Part shown: positions 48,008-57,356 of the stretch, in pieces
Numbering within the stretch: position 1 is the stretch's first letter
How the letters are laid out: every line of letters begins with the position of its first letter
NCBI GenBank assembly: GCA_022561385.1
Contig: JADFRG010000012.1
Span: 1,071-65,070 of the forward strand
Length of the DNA stretch: 64,000 nucleotides
Direction of reading: 5' to 3'
DNA from: Chloroflexota bacterium
Lineage (GTDB): Bacteria; Chloroflexota; Anaerolineae; Anaerolineales; E44-bin32
The notes under the pieces: generated by a model
What the model was told of the DNA's origin: nothing
Seen by the model: only the letters and a program-made list of their open reading frames with translations
The model's database searches: none
Program-made: the position numbers and the translations under genes

Positions 48008-49082
48008 ATTTCGCGCCTCCTTCAGCCTTCATTTCCCGGACTTCGATCTGGCACCTAAATTCGAGTTGGGTCCCGAGATGGCGGTATTGTTCGGCGCCTC
48101 CGGGGCGGGAAAATCGCTCACATTGCGGGCCCTGGCTGGGCTGGAAAAACCCGATCGGGGAACCATTCATCTCAATGGCCATGCACTTTTCGACAGCGAA
48201 GAAGAGATCGATCTCCCTCCCCAGGATCGAAGGATCGGCTACGTCCCGCAGCACTACGCCCTATTCCCGCACCAATCGGTCGCGAAGAATATCGCCTTTG
48301 GCTTGCATGATCTTCCGCGCGCCAGCCGCGCGGCGCGAGTGTCGGAGCTTCTCACACGGATGCGGCTGGAACCGTTCGCCGATCGTCGGCCCGGTGAGCT
48401 TTCGGGCGGTCAGCAACAGCGAACCGCGCTCGCGCGGGCCCTGGCACGGCGCCCGGATTTGCTGCTGATGGACGAACCGTTCGCGGCGGTGGAGGAGGAC
48501 CTGCGCGCGCACCTGCGCGAGGAATTGCTCAGGATCCAAAAGGAATTTGCCATTCCGGTTTTACTCGTGACCCACAGCCGGGCCGAGGCTTATGCGATGG
48601 CCGAGCGCCTGGTTGTCATTCGCGAGGGGCAGGTCGTTCAAACTGGAAGCCGGGATGACGTTTTTCGTAGACCGCGTACCCCGGGCGTCGCACGGTTGAT
48701 GGGCATGACCAACATTCTTCAGGTGACCGTAGCCGACGGATCGGCGCCCGAGGTGCTGACCGACTGGGGAAACCTGAAACTCACCATTGGCACACCCGAT
48801 TCCTACGCCACAGGCAGTTCACTTGCGGTTGGCATCCGGCCGGAGGAAATCCGAATTGCTGCCGCGGAATCCCAAATTCAGCCGGCAAACCAGCTTACAG
48901 CTCGACTGGTCAAAGACGAGCCGCAGGGAGCGGACCACCGACTGCAATTTGAGATCAATAATCAACTGCTTGAAGTTCGCGTGTCGCATCCGGAATTTAT
49001 GTCCCTAAACCTGGCCGGTGGCCAGGAACGCACGCTGACGGTGCAGCCGAGCGCGATACACGTAATCCCCGATCCGGATTAA
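47994..49082 (+). CDS. modC: molybdate ABC transporter ATP-binding protein with a TOBE-like C-domain
   Basis: Walker A GASGAGKS, signature LSGGQQQR, Walker B LLMDEP, and about 120 aa of C-terminal extension. Confidence 0.88.
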   Translation: MTAAEFRASFSLHFPDFDLAPKFELGPEMAVLFGASGAGKSLTLRALAGLEKPDRGTIHLNGHALFDSEEEIDLPPQDRRIGYVPQHYALFPHQSVAKNIAFGLHDLPRASRAARVSELLTRMRLEPFADRRPGELSGGQQQRTALARALARRPDLLLMDEPFAAVEEDLRAHLREELLRIQKEFAIPVLLVTHSRAEAYAMAERLVVIREGQVVQTGSRDDVFRRPRTPGVARLMGMTNILQVTVADGSAPEVLTDWGNLKLTIGTPDSYATGSSLAVGIRPEEIRIAAAESQIQPANQLTARLVKDEPQGADHRLQFEINNQLLEVRVSHPEFMSLNLAGGQERTLTVQPSAIHVIPDPD

Positions 49083-49102
49083 TCTCCCAGATTCTACAGA
49101 AT

Positions 49103-49140
49103 AAAAAAGAGATGGGCGGGTGCCCATCCCATTATTTCAG
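49103..49140. terminator. bidirectional intrinsic terminator between modC and the small membrane protein gene
   Basis: GATGGGC-GGGT-GCCCATC (49111-49128), flanked by AAAAAAGA upstream and CCATTATTTCAGTTT downstream. Confidence 0.65.
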
Positions 49141-49180
49141 TTTAAAAGAGATCGAGGCGGAGCCGAAGCTCCAATGGATG

Positions 49181-49402
49181 TTAGGCGTCGCCCTCCGGTT
49201 CCATTGGATGGTCCGCGGGCGACTCTGGCAAAAATCCGTAGCCGAGCACCATTCCGAAGTTGCCGCCCAAGAAGCCTCCCAAACCCAATCCGATGAAGGG
49301 TCGCCCGATGAGGACCCCGATCAGCAGGCCCAGGATGCCGCCGATCAACGTAGCCGCGATCATGCTGAGAACGATGGTTTTCATGCCTTCCAGCATATTC
49401 AA
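49181..49402 (-). CDS. small glycine-zipper membrane protein (73 aa)
   Basis: GGILGLLIGVLIGRPFIGLGLGGFLGG. AAAGGA upstream of the ATG. A terminator lies downstream. Confidence 0.45.
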   Translation of the reverse strand: MNMLEGMKTIVLSMIAATLIGGILGLLIGVLIGRPFIGLGLGGFLGGNFGMVLGYGFLPESPADHPMEPEGDA

Positions 49403-49540
49403 GGTCCTTTTGCTAGGATGAGTAGATTTTAGGCAGGGTTCGCGTTGCAGTCAAGGCACATCCTCAGTCCCTGCGTGTTGCCTGCTCATTAATCCCCGAT
49501 TGCAGTGTGTTGGCTCGCGGAGTGCGCGCGCAACCAGGAA

Positions 49541-50404
49541 TTACGCGCGCAAATAGGAGGGAAGTTCAGATACCGCCTTGGCCAGGCGTGTTCCATGCCA
49601 GGTCAGCAGGCTGCCATCGATAAGATGGACCCGGCCTGCCTGCACGGCTGGCGTGTCTGCAAGCCACTCTTCGATCTGGCTTTTGTGGCTTTCTTCGAAC
49701 GCGTAGGGCTCATCGGGAAGCAGGATGACCTCCGGCTGCGCCTTGATAACTTCCTCGATCGTCACCCGCGGATATCGAGTGTCGCGGTCTCCAGGATCCT
49801 CCGGCTCGGCCGATCCAAGATCCGCCTCAAGCGGATAACGGCGATCACGACCCGCAAAAACGTTCATGCCGCCGACTTTGGACAGCACGTCATTGGGGTA
49901 AGTCTGATAGTTAAAAGTCATCAACCAGGGGCCGAGGCCTTCCTTCTCGCCTTGCCAGATCGGAACAAATGTCGGAATCGACAGTCGCCCGGTCGTGGCC
50001 TTTTCGGTCCAGTCGAGTGTGCGGGCAAGCGTCTCCACCCGGGGTGTCTGATCTCCCACCTTGAAGACCTTGATGATCGTCCACAGTAAATCGAGGGCAT
50101 CCTTTGTGCTCTTGGGGAACGTCAGCCACAGCGTCAGCCCAGACTCGCTTAAGGCTCGTATCGTATCTTCGCTATTTTCCTCCTGATTAGCGATCACCAA
50201 ATCGGGTCGGAGGATGCGCACCGCTTCCAGCTTGGGTTTCTTGGTACCGCCCACGCGTTGCAGGCGGAGCTGCTCCTCTTCAGGCGGCTTGCATGCGTCT
50301 GTGACCCCTACCACCCGATCCCCAACCCCAAGATCGAAGAGGCTCTCCGTCATGGAAGGCACCAGGCTGACGACGCGTTTCGGCGGGGCCCCGTCAAAAG
50401 CCAT
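49541..50404 (-). CDS. TroA/BtuF-like periplasmic-binding-fold protein without a signal peptide
   Basis: RVVSLVPSMTESLFDLGVGDRVVGVTD and RPDLVIA strings. Preferred ATG 50404 with GAGGGAG 5 nt upstream. The track start 50497 is a TTG inside a hairpin. Confidence 0.75.
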   Translation of the reverse strand: MAFDGAPPKRVVSLVPSMTESLFDLGVGDRVVGVTDACKPPEEEQLRLQRVGGTKKPKLEAVRILRPDLVIANQEENSEDTIRALSESGLTLWLTFPKSTKDALDLLWTIIKVFKVGDQTPRVETLARTLDWTEKATTGRLSIPTFVPIWQGEKEGLGPWLMTFNYQTYPNDVLSKVGGMNVFAGRDRRYPLEADLGSAEPEDPGDRDTRYPRVTIEEVIKAQPEVILLPDEPYAFEESHKSQIEEWLADTPAVQAGRVHLIDGSLLTWHGTRLAKAVSELPSYLRA

Positions 50405-50676
50405 GGTCACTCCCTCAATATCTAGCAGGCCCATCTGTTTTTCCCGTAAAACCATTAATGAACGACCTTTCAGCGGGTCCGGGAAGTGGTCGAGCAAGAC
50501 TCACCCATCGGGCAGGATTCACCACTTCCACACAGGGTACATGGGAACACATGCCGCATCGCCTGAGTATTTTCCGCTTCGATGTTGAAGTCAATAGGAT
50601 TTGGGGCTAATTAATGAACAGCCTGGGGCGAAACGACAGAGTGTAGCTCGTAGCGGTCTACCGGGGAGCGCCTACT

Positions 50677-51579
50677 CTAGTTGTTCCTGCCGCAGTCACA
50701 CCCACCGCTGTCGTGGCGATCGCAGGGCCCGTCCGCTTTTCCCTTGAGCGCATTGAGTTCCTCATAGGGCTCGATCTCGTGCTTGAGAAATTCGACCCTG
50801 CGGTTATCCTCCGCCAGCCTAACGATCACCGCCTGGCGCATGGCGAGCACCTCGACCACTTTTCCTTCACCCAGCGGTGTTACGACCCGCTTTTTGACCT
50901 TTGGCAGCTGCTTGCGGGCCTCCACGTATTGCTCGTATTCGTACACCAGGCAGCATCTCAGCCGCCCGCACATCCCTGTGATCTCTTGAGGACTGAGGGA
51001 TATGCCCTGCGCCTTGGCCATCTTGATAGAGACCGGGCTGAACTCCGTCAGGAACATGGAGCAGCAGCGCGTTTCCAACCCGCAGGCACCCATCCCACCG
51101 ATAATCTTAGCCACATCCCGGGGGCCGATTTGCCGAAACTCCACGCGAGATTCTTTCATGGCGCGCTGCATGGCGCTGCGCAGCCCTTTTAAGTCGAGCT
51201 TCTCTTCCCCTTCATAGTTATAGAGAAATGTCACCCGCGATCCATCGTAGGAGTACTCCGCCTTGGCGATCTTCACTCCCTCCAGGCCGATTTCGGAGGC
51301 CTGCACCCGACATTCGATCATGGCTTCCAGCTCTTTTTGCTGCCAGAGTCGTCGCAGCACGAGTTCCTGGGCCGTCGCACGACGCTCTATAGGCTTGAGC
51401 TTCTTCCTGCTCTTGGACTTGTCGACCAGGCTGACAACTTCGCCCATCTCGCGCCCGCGCTGGGTTGAGACCAGTACATAATCACCGAGCCGCAGGTCAC
51501 GGGCTCCCGCACGATCGAAGTGATAAAGTTTCCCGAGTGGCTGGAAACGGATGGCAACTACGTTTAGGTTTTCGCTCAT
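50677..51579 (-). CDS. PSP1 domain protein (RicT/YaaT-like)
   Basis: N-terminus VVAIRFQPLGKLYHFD. Cys cluster CGRLRCCL. 300 aa. Confidence 0.85.
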   Translation of the reverse strand: MSENLNVVAIRFQPLGKLYHFDRAGARDLRLGDYVLVSTQRGREMGEVVSLVDKSKSRKKLKPIERRATAQELVLRRLWQQKELEAMIECRVQASEIGLEGVKIAKAEYSYDGSRVTFLYNYEGEEKLDLKGLRSAMQRAMKESRVEFRQIGPRDVAKIIGGMGACGLETRCCSMFLTEFSPVSIKMAKAQGISLSPQEITGMCGRLRCCLVYEYEQYVEARKQLPKVKKRVVTPLGEGKVVEVLAMRQAVIVRLAEDNRRVEFLKHEIEPYEELNALKGKADGPCDRHDSGGCDCGRNN

Positions 51580-51633
51580 GATCGGTCGAGTATAGCACTC
51601 ACGCCGAGGTTACGAGGAGGGGCAGGATCCACC

Positions 51634-52704
51634 TCAGTCGATCATCTCTATAGGGATGACGTTCGATTGCTGGTAATCGAAGACGCTAACCTTGGTCGCG
51701 ATCCACTCCGCCACGGAGGTGAACGCGAGACCCACTTCAGAATCGGGGTGCGACACGACGACCGGCGTGCCCTCGTCTCCGCCTATTCTCACGCGGGGAT
51801 CGATGGGAATCGTGCCGAGGAAAGGAACATCCGCCGCCTCGGCGAGTTTGGTCCCACCCCCTTGTCCGAACAGATCCAGCATCTCGCCGCTCTCCAACTT
51901 CAAGTAGCTCATATTTTCGACGACTCCCAAGATGGGCACGTCCATGGTGCGAAACATTTCCAGCGCACGTCCAGCGTCATCCAGTGAAACCTGCTGAGGC
52001 ATCGTGACGATCACCGCGCCGGTCAGCGGCATCGATTGCGAGAGACTCAGCGGTGCATCCCCCGTTCCTGGTGGCAGGTCGATAACCAGATAATCCAGCT
52101 CTCCCCACGTTACATCGGCGATGAATTGGCGAATCGCCTTGTGCAGCATCGGACCGCGCCAGATCAGCGGTTTGCCGGGCTCAACCATGAATGCGATCGA
52201 GATAAATTTGACCCCGAAGGCTTCGGCCGGCGTCAGTTTGCCCTCCTCGGGGGGCGGCATTCGGTCCACACCCATCATGGTGGGTACGTTCGGTCCGTAG
52301 ATATCGGCATCCAGCAGGCCGACCCGCGCGCCCGCACGCGCGAGCGAGACCGCCAGATTTACCGCCACTGTCGACTTGCCGACCCCGCCTTTTCCGGAGG
52401 CCACGGCGATGGCGTTTTTGATGGGTTGGTCGGTCAGGCCACGGTTACGCCCATCCGACGTCACGACGGAGGTGAGGGTTACGGAGGCCTGCTCGACTCC
52501 TTCAAGTTGCTCGACGGCCTGCGTGACTTCCCGCGTGATCTGATCCCGGTAAGGGCAGGCCGGAGTCGTGAGTTCAACCGTGAAAGCCACCTCTGTCCCT
52601 TGGATCGAGATGTCCTTAATCATTCCGAGCGTAACAAGATCCTTCCCCAGCTCGGGCTCTTGAACATTGGAGAGTGCCTCTAGGATTTCTTTCTCAGTCG
52701 CCAC
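51634..52704 (-). CDS. apbC: Fe-S cluster carrier ATPase Mrp/ApbC with an N-terminal DUF59 domain
   Basis: P-loop SGKGGVGKST. DUF59 strings EPELGKDLVTLGMI. Preferred GTG 52704 with GGGAGA upstream. The track start 52746 (TTG) lies inside repeat copy E. Confidence 0.9.
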   Translation of the reverse strand: MATEKEILEALSNVQEPELGKDLVTLGMIKDISIQGTEVAFTVELTTPACPYRDQITREVTQAVEQLEGVEQASVTLTSVVTSDGRNRGLTDQPIKNAIAVASGKGGVGKSTVAVNLAVSLARAGARVGLLDADIYGPNVPTMMGVDRMPPPEEGKLTPAEAFGVKFISIAFMVEPGKPLIWRGPMLHKAIRQFIADVTWGELDYLVIDLPPGTGDAPLSLSQSMPLTGAVIVTMPQQVSLDDAGRALEMFRTMDVPILGVVENMSYLKLESGEMLDLFGQGGGTKLAEAADVPFLGTIPIDPRVRIGGDEGTPVVVSHPDSEVGLAFTSVAEWIATKVSVFDYQQSNVIPIEMID

Positions 52705-52722
52705 GCACCTATCTCCCTTAAT

Positions 52723-52797
52723 GTCATTGCGAGCGTAGCGAAGCAATCTCCTCCTGAGTATTGGGGATTGCTTCGTCGCTACGCTCCTCGCAATGAC
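52723..52797 (-). repeat. 75-bp bulged-hairpin repeat, copy E (inverted orientation)
   Basis: Its reverse complement matches copies A-D. Overlaps the last 24 codons and the stop of ORF 52724-53158. Ends 19 nt from the apbC GTG. Confidence 0.95.
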
Positions 52798-53158
52798 GAT
52801 TCAATGTTTTTTTTGGCTTGGATACTACCCTAGCCCGTCCCTCCTGGGGAACGCCGGCGAGGATCTCGCTTCTAGCCCCAGCGATCAATATCTGTAGGTC
52901 CTCATCCTCACCCCTGAATCTCCGGATGGTCGTCATTGCACAGATCGTGCAGCCTCGAATCGCGCGGAAGGAATCCGGATGACAGGTCAGGCAGCCGGCC
53001 AGGCGAATCATGACAAGCGAGAGCGCCAGCTGCTCCGGGGAGGCGTCCTCCGAATTGCAGGCCTGGTCGACGGTCTCCTGCCACATGCTCCCGCGCAAGT
53101 CGCGAAGTTTTGGGGCAGCTCGCATTGGAAAGAGTATCTCCGTATCACTTTGATACAT
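52724..53158 (-). CDS. hypothetical CxxC...CxxC protein; its C-terminal 24 aa and stop are supplied by repeat copy E
   Basis: GCLTCHPDSFRAIRGCTIC. The tail CEERSDEAIPNTQEEIASLRSQ is a translation of the repeat. No family recognised. Confidence 0.45.
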   Translation of the reverse strand: MYQSDTEILFPMRAAPKLRDLRGSMWQETVDQACNSEDASPEQLALSLVMIRLAGCLTCHPDSFRAIRGCTICAMTTIRRFRGEDEDLQILIAGARSEILAGVPQEGRARVVSKPKKTLNRHCEERSDEAIPNTQEEIASLRSQ

Positions 53159-53281
53159 GATGTCAGTGGGCCCTGGTTGTTGGTAGCGTGGTACTTTCGC
53201 TAGGAAGGCGCCCAGGAGAGGACGCTTACATCAAAAGTAAAGCTACGCATGCGCCTCAGCCCGAACGCATACGAAGCTCGG

Positions 53282-53929
53282 CTACTCGTCAGTTTTCCGG
53301 TCCTTCTCAGCCTGGCGCTGTTTGCGAGCCGCTTCTTTGGCCGCCTTCTTGGCAACCTTCTCCGCAATGGCCGCCTCGTCGATGGCGTAATTGAGCGGAC
53401 GGACAGCGGCGTAAAACGAGGCGGGTTTATCGAGCTTCTCCTTGTTGTAAATATTCTCGGAAAAGCGATCGTAGGTCGAGATCTCATAGTCATGATCCAT
53501 TCGGATCGCTTCAAACGGGCAGTATTCGGAACACAATCCGCAATTCATGCAGATGTCGATATCGATAAAAAATTCGCTCGGCTCTGGAATGGGCCGCCCG
53601 GTCTCAGGATCGTCCGAACGGACAATCCAAATGCATTGTGGTGGACAGACCTTGGCGCATATCCCGCAGGATGTGCAGCGGTCTTGGCGAGTTCCGTCTT
53701 CCAGCTCGTCGTAGATCAGAAATGGAATGTAACGGAATTCCTCCGGCATGATGAGTTTTTCTTCTGGATATTGGACGGTAAATATCCCCTGCGCCTGCGG
53801 GCTTTGACGAACTGCAAAAGCCTCCGGATTGTAGTAACGACGCCCGAACCAACGCAGGTCATCCACGTAAGTGTTGACGAAATGTTTGATCGTTACACCC
53901 ATCCCTTTGACGAGTCCGACTCCGTACAT
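53282..53929 (-). CDS. nuoI: NADH-quinone oxidoreductase subunit I with a Lys/Ala-rich C-terminal tail
   Basis: Two 4Fe-4S motifs, CTSCGICAKVCP and CMNCGLCSEYCP. ATG 53929 overlaps the nuoCD stop (TAATG). The track extension to 54436 overlaps nuoCD and is rejected. Confidence 0.88.
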   Translation of the reverse strand: MYGVGLVKGMGVTIKHFVNTYVDDLRWFGRRYYNPEAFAVRQSPQAQGIFTVQYPEEKLIMPEEFRYIPFLIYDELEDGTRQDRCTSCGICAKVCPPQCIWIVRSDDPETGRPIPEPSEFFIDIDICMNCGLCSEYCPFEAIRMDHDYEISTYDRFSENIYNKEKLDKPASFYAAVRPLNYAIDEAAIAEKVAKKAAKEAARKQRQAEKDRKTDE

Positions 53930-55692
53930 TAGCGATCTACCTCGCCCAGAATGATGTCGATTGAGCCCAGGATGGCGACTACATCCGCCACCTTGTGGCC
54001 CTTGCACATTTCTGCCAACGCGGTCAGATTGATAAATGAGGGAGCCCGAATGTGATATCGCCAGGGATTGGGCTTCCCGTTGGATACCACGTAGAAGCCG
54101 AGCTCGCCCTTGGGATTTTCGACTCTGCCGTAGGCTTCTCCGGCCGGCACACGCACTTGAAAAATCGGCTTGCCGGTTTGAATCTCTCCCTCCGGGATAT
54201 CGTCCACCGCCTGCTGAACGATCCGGATGCTCTCCCGAATTTCCTGTAATCGGACCAGGTAGCGATCGTACACGTCGCCGCCATAGCGCACCGCAACCTC
54301 GAAATCGAAGCGATCGTAAATTCCATAAGGTTCCGCCCGCCGAACGTCGTACGGGATGCCGGAGGCACGGAGCACCGGGCCCGCAGCAGAGAATGCCACC
54401 GCCTTCTCCGGCGAAAGCACTCCCACACCGATACAACGCGAGCGAACTATCTCATTTTCGGTCAGGTATATGTCCAATTCATCCACTCGGCGTGGCAGGC
54501 GCTCAAATATCAGCTCCCGAATAGTCTGGAGGGTGCCGGGAGGCAGATCGCGGGCCAATCCGCCGAACCGGAAATAATTGCACATCATGCGCGACCCGCT
54601 GACCGCCTCGAAGACATCTAAGATCAGCTCTCGTTCGTTGATGGCGTACAGCGCGGGCGTAAAAAACGCGCCCAGGTCGTTTAACAAGAATCCGATGGCC
54701 CACAGGTGGCTAACGATCCGGGTGAGTTCGGCCATGATGACCCGGATATATTCCGCTCGCTCCGGAGGCTGGATGTCCATTAACTTCTCGACCGCGAGCG
54801 CGTAGCCGAAGTTGTTGCTCATGGAGGACAGGTAGTCAAGCCGGTCGGTGTAGGGCATATTCATGATGTAGGTGTTTCGCTCGCCGATCTTTTCATGATT
54901 GCGATGCAGGTAACCCATCACCGGTTTCAAGTCGGTGACGGTTTCTCCATCCAGCGTAACCACCATCCGGAACACACCATGGGTCGACGGATGTTGTGGG
55001 CCAAGATTGACCACGAGCTGATCCGTCTTGAGAGAGCTGCCGTCGCCGTCGTTAGAAATTTGTCCCAGGCCGGCGTACAAACCCTCGTCCCCCTCGGGAA
55101 TCCAACCCTCGGGCGTGAATTCAGAGGGGTACTGCACGTTTTTCCCGAACGGAATCTTGTCTTCAATGCGGTAGACATCACCCTCCGGCCACCGATTCGC
55201 GAACGGCTTGGCATCCTCCTCGAAATAGGCTTCGTGCCAATCTTTGCGCAGAGGGTGGCCTTCGAAGCCTTCCCACATCAGAATGCGGCGCAGGTTTGGA
55301 TGTCCGGTGAAACGAATACCCAACAGATCCCACGCCTCCCGCTCTTGAAAATCTGCCCCCGGCCATACGCCGACCAGGGAGGGAACGACCGGGTCCGCGC
55401 GAGGGACCTGAGTCTTGAACACCAACGCCGGGCCGCCCTCGATGCGGTAGGCGTGGTAGACCACTTCCATCACCTCATCCGGCAGGTAATCCACGCCGGT
55501 CACTGAGGAGAGGTAATCGTAGCCAAACTCATCCCGCAGCCGGGTGGCGAACTCGGTCAACTTATCCGGAGCAACGAGGTAACCGTCGAAGCCCTCGCGC
55601 TCGTCCGGCGTCAAGATGCCTGGAAAATGCTGCTCCAGAGAATCCGGTTCGCGAGTGGTACCTTCGACTTGTGGAGACTCTTTATCCGTCAT
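53929..55692 (-). CDS. nuoCD: fused NADH-quinone oxidoreductase subunits C and D
   Basis: 587 aa. NuoC-like N-terminal ~170 aa, then NuoD strings ([25 protein letters not shown]). Confidence 0.9.
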   Translation of the reverse strand: MTDKESPQVEGTTREPDSLEQHFPGILTPDEREGFDGYLVAPDKLTEFATRLRDEFGYDYLSSVTGVDYLPDEVMEVVYHAYRIEGGPALVFKTQVPRADPVVPSLVGVWPGADFQEREAWDLLGIRFTGHPNLRRILMWEGFEGHPLRKDWHEAYFEEDAKPFANRWPEGDVYRIEDKIPFGKNVQYPSEFTPEGWIPEGDEGLYAGLGQISNDGDGSSLKTDQLVVNLGPQHPSTHGVFRMVVTLDGETVTDLKPVMGYLHRNHEKIGERNTYIMNMPYTDRLDYLSSMSNNFGYALAVEKLMDIQPPERAEYIRVIMAELTRIVSHLWAIGFLLNDLGAFFTPALYAINERELILDVFEAVSGSRMMCNYFRFGGLARDLPPGTLQTIRELIFERLPRRVDELDIYLTENEIVRSRCIGVGVLSPEKAVAFSAAGPVLRASGIPYDVRRAEPYGIYDRFDFEVAVRYGGDVYDRYLVRLQEIRESIRIVQQAVDDIPEGEIQTGKPIFQVRVPAGEAYGRVENPKGELGFYVVSNGKPNPWRYHIRAPSFINLTALAEMCKGHKVADVVAILGSIDIILGEVDR

Positions 55693-55812
55693 TTTGAATT
55701 TTGCCTAGTAGCGCAAAGAAAATGAGGCGTGTGGCGACTGAGAAACCCATCCTGGAAGCGTTCTCCGAAGCCAGAAACATAGAATCGTCATTGAGGGAGA
55801 AAGGCACGCGGC

Positions 55813-56454
55813 TCACTCGCGTTCGGCTGCCAGCCGCTCCTCCTGGGCCTTCAGCTTTTCAGCGAAGTCAGGTATGTCCCGCGGATCGATCAGGTCCGGC
55901 CCAAGCAGCGGCTGGGGAATCTCATCGATCGGTTCACTCCGATACCAGGGCACTTCGAGCACCGACTGCCCATCGATCTTCTCCTGCATCTTGATGAGGC
56001 CGTGTAAGAGCGCTTGAGGAGTTGGCGGGCAACCCGGAATATAAACATCAACCGGTACAAACTTGTCCACGCCGGATACGACGTTATATCCCTCCTTGAA
56101 GGGCCCCCCTCCCGAAGCGCAGGCACCCATAGCCAGCACGTATTTCGGCTCCGGCATCTGGTTGTAGAGCCGCACGATGATGGGGATCATCTTCTTGGTG
56201 ACCGTACCCGAAACGATCATGAGGTCGGCTTGGCGAGGGCTGGCTCGCAGTACCTCCATGCCAAAGCGCGCCAAGTCGTAGCGGCTGGCGGCGGTGGCGA
56301 TCATCTCGATCGCGCAACACGCCAGCCCGAACATCATCGGCCAGATGGAGGACCGCCGGCTCCAGTTATAGATTTTGTCAAGGGAGGTGATGGCGATCTG
56401 GCCCTGCAGCCCCTCAGGAACGGGATTGTCGTTGTTTGAGAGTTCTTCGCTCAC
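55813..56454 (-). CDS. nuoB: NADH-quinone oxidoreductase subunit B
   Basis: Cluster N2 ligand motifs [20 protein letters not shown]. Preferred GTG 56454 with GGAGG 6 nt upstream. The track TTG 56508 coincides with the -35 box. Confidence 0.9.
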   Translation of the reverse strand: MSEELSNNDNPVPEGLQGQIAITSLDKIYNWSRRSSIWPMMFGLACCAIEMIATAASRYDLARFGMEVLRASPRQADLMIVSGTVTKKMIPIIVRLYNQMPEPKYVLAMGACASGGGPFKEGYNVVSGVDKFVPVDVYIPGCPPTPQALLHGLIKMQEKIDGQSVLEVPWYRSEPIDEIPQPLLGPDLIDPRDIPDFAEKLKAQEERLAAERE

Positions 56455-56478
56455 CCATGGCCTCCTTGCCAATGGAGA

Positions 56479-56508
56479 ATTATACGTGCCCGCTTTCACA
56501 GATGTCAA
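56479..56508 (-). promoter_or_regulatory. consensus promoter TTGACA-N18-TATAAT for nuoB
   Basis: Minus strand: TTGACA 56508-56503 and TATAAT 56484-56479, then GGAGG 56465-56461 and GTG 56454. Confidence 0.65.
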
Positions 56509-56535
56509 GAAATAGGATATTTACGAAGATCGCGG

Positions 56536-56563
56536 TTGACAAATTAACTTCTGGCCCTAGAAT
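56536..56563 (+). promoter_or_regulatory. promoter TTGACA-N16-TAGAAT for the SufR-like regulator; ATG 10 nt after the -10
   Basis: TTGACA 56536-56541, TAGAAT 56558-56563, ATG 56574, no SD. Back-to-back with the nuoB promoter. Confidence 0.6.
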
Positions 56564-56573
56564 CACTTGGGAA

Positions 56574-57167
56574 ATGCCCCTCGAATCCCGTCAGCGTATC
56601 CTACGGCACCTCAAACAATCCGGGCAAGCCTCCGTCGCCGAGCTCAGCACGGCGCTTGCGCTCACGCCGGTCACCATCCGCCATCATCTGGAGACACTTC
56701 GAATCGAAGGCCTGGTGGCCGAGCCGGTTCCTCGACACAAGCCAGGACCGGGGCGACCCGAAATGCTCTATCGAATCACGCCGGCGGCGAATGCCTTCAT
56801 GCCGCGCAATTACGGCGAGTTGTGCCGCTGCCTGATTCAGGCCGTTGAAACGACCCAGAATCGGGAGGTAGAGGGGATCCTGGTCGAAATGGGCCGAGAG
56901 CTTGGGGCGTCGGCCGGGACCGTAGGCGAGCTGGCGGCCGCCAGTACCTACCTGCAGGAACGGGGTTACTTCCCAAGCGTGGATGAGAGCGAGGGGTTGA
57001 TCGTGCTCGAGTTTGCGAACTGTCCCTATCTGGAAGTGGTTGAAGATGCGCCGTCGCTCTGTCAGTTTGACCGAGCGCTTCTCGAATCGCTGCTTGGTAG
57101 AGAAGTCAAGATGTTGGGTACCATAGCGAATCGTGATCCTGTCTGCACCTTTCAGATTGGCAATTGA
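56574..57167 (+). CDS. wHTH transcriptional regulator, SufR-like (ArsR/DeoR-type HTH plus a Cys-containing C-domain)
   Basis: RILRHLKQSGQASVAELSTALALTPVTIRHHLETLRIEGLV. C-terminal C-X12-C (NCPYLEVVEDAPSLC) plus further Cys residues. Preferred ATG 56574. Confidence 0.7.
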   Translation: MPLESRQRILRHLKQSGQASVAELSTALALTPVTIRHHLETLRIEGLVAEPVPRHKPGPGRPEMLYRITPAANAFMPRNYGELCRCLIQAVETTQNREVEGILVEMGRELGASAGTVGELAAASTYLQERGYFPSVDESEGLIVLEFANCPYLEVVEDAPSLCQFDRALLESLLGREVKMLGTIANRDPVCTFQIGN

Positions 57168-57356
57168 AGAGGGGAATTGTTCCATCTTTTGCCCCGCGCC
57201 TAGACTTATGTAAGCTAAATACGGGAGCAACGGCCCATCTAAAGGTTTATGACGGCCCCGGATGGTTCCGCAAAGTAGGACTTGGGGATAGTTTGACTCT
57301 GGTGAGGAAGCCTGATAAACTTTAGCCCACTTATATATATTTGAAAGGTAGCGTGT

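Noticed and set aside
53930-54436. N-terminal extension of the nuoI track ORF (384 aa).
   Set aside because: It overlaps nuoCD in another frame. NuoI homology begins at MYGVGLVKG (ATG 53929), which overlaps the nuoCD stop.
56455-56508. Track start TTG 56508 for nuoB, which adds 18 aa.
   Set aside because: The TTG lies inside the -35 hexamer of a consensus promoter. GTG 56454 has GGAGG at ideal spacing.
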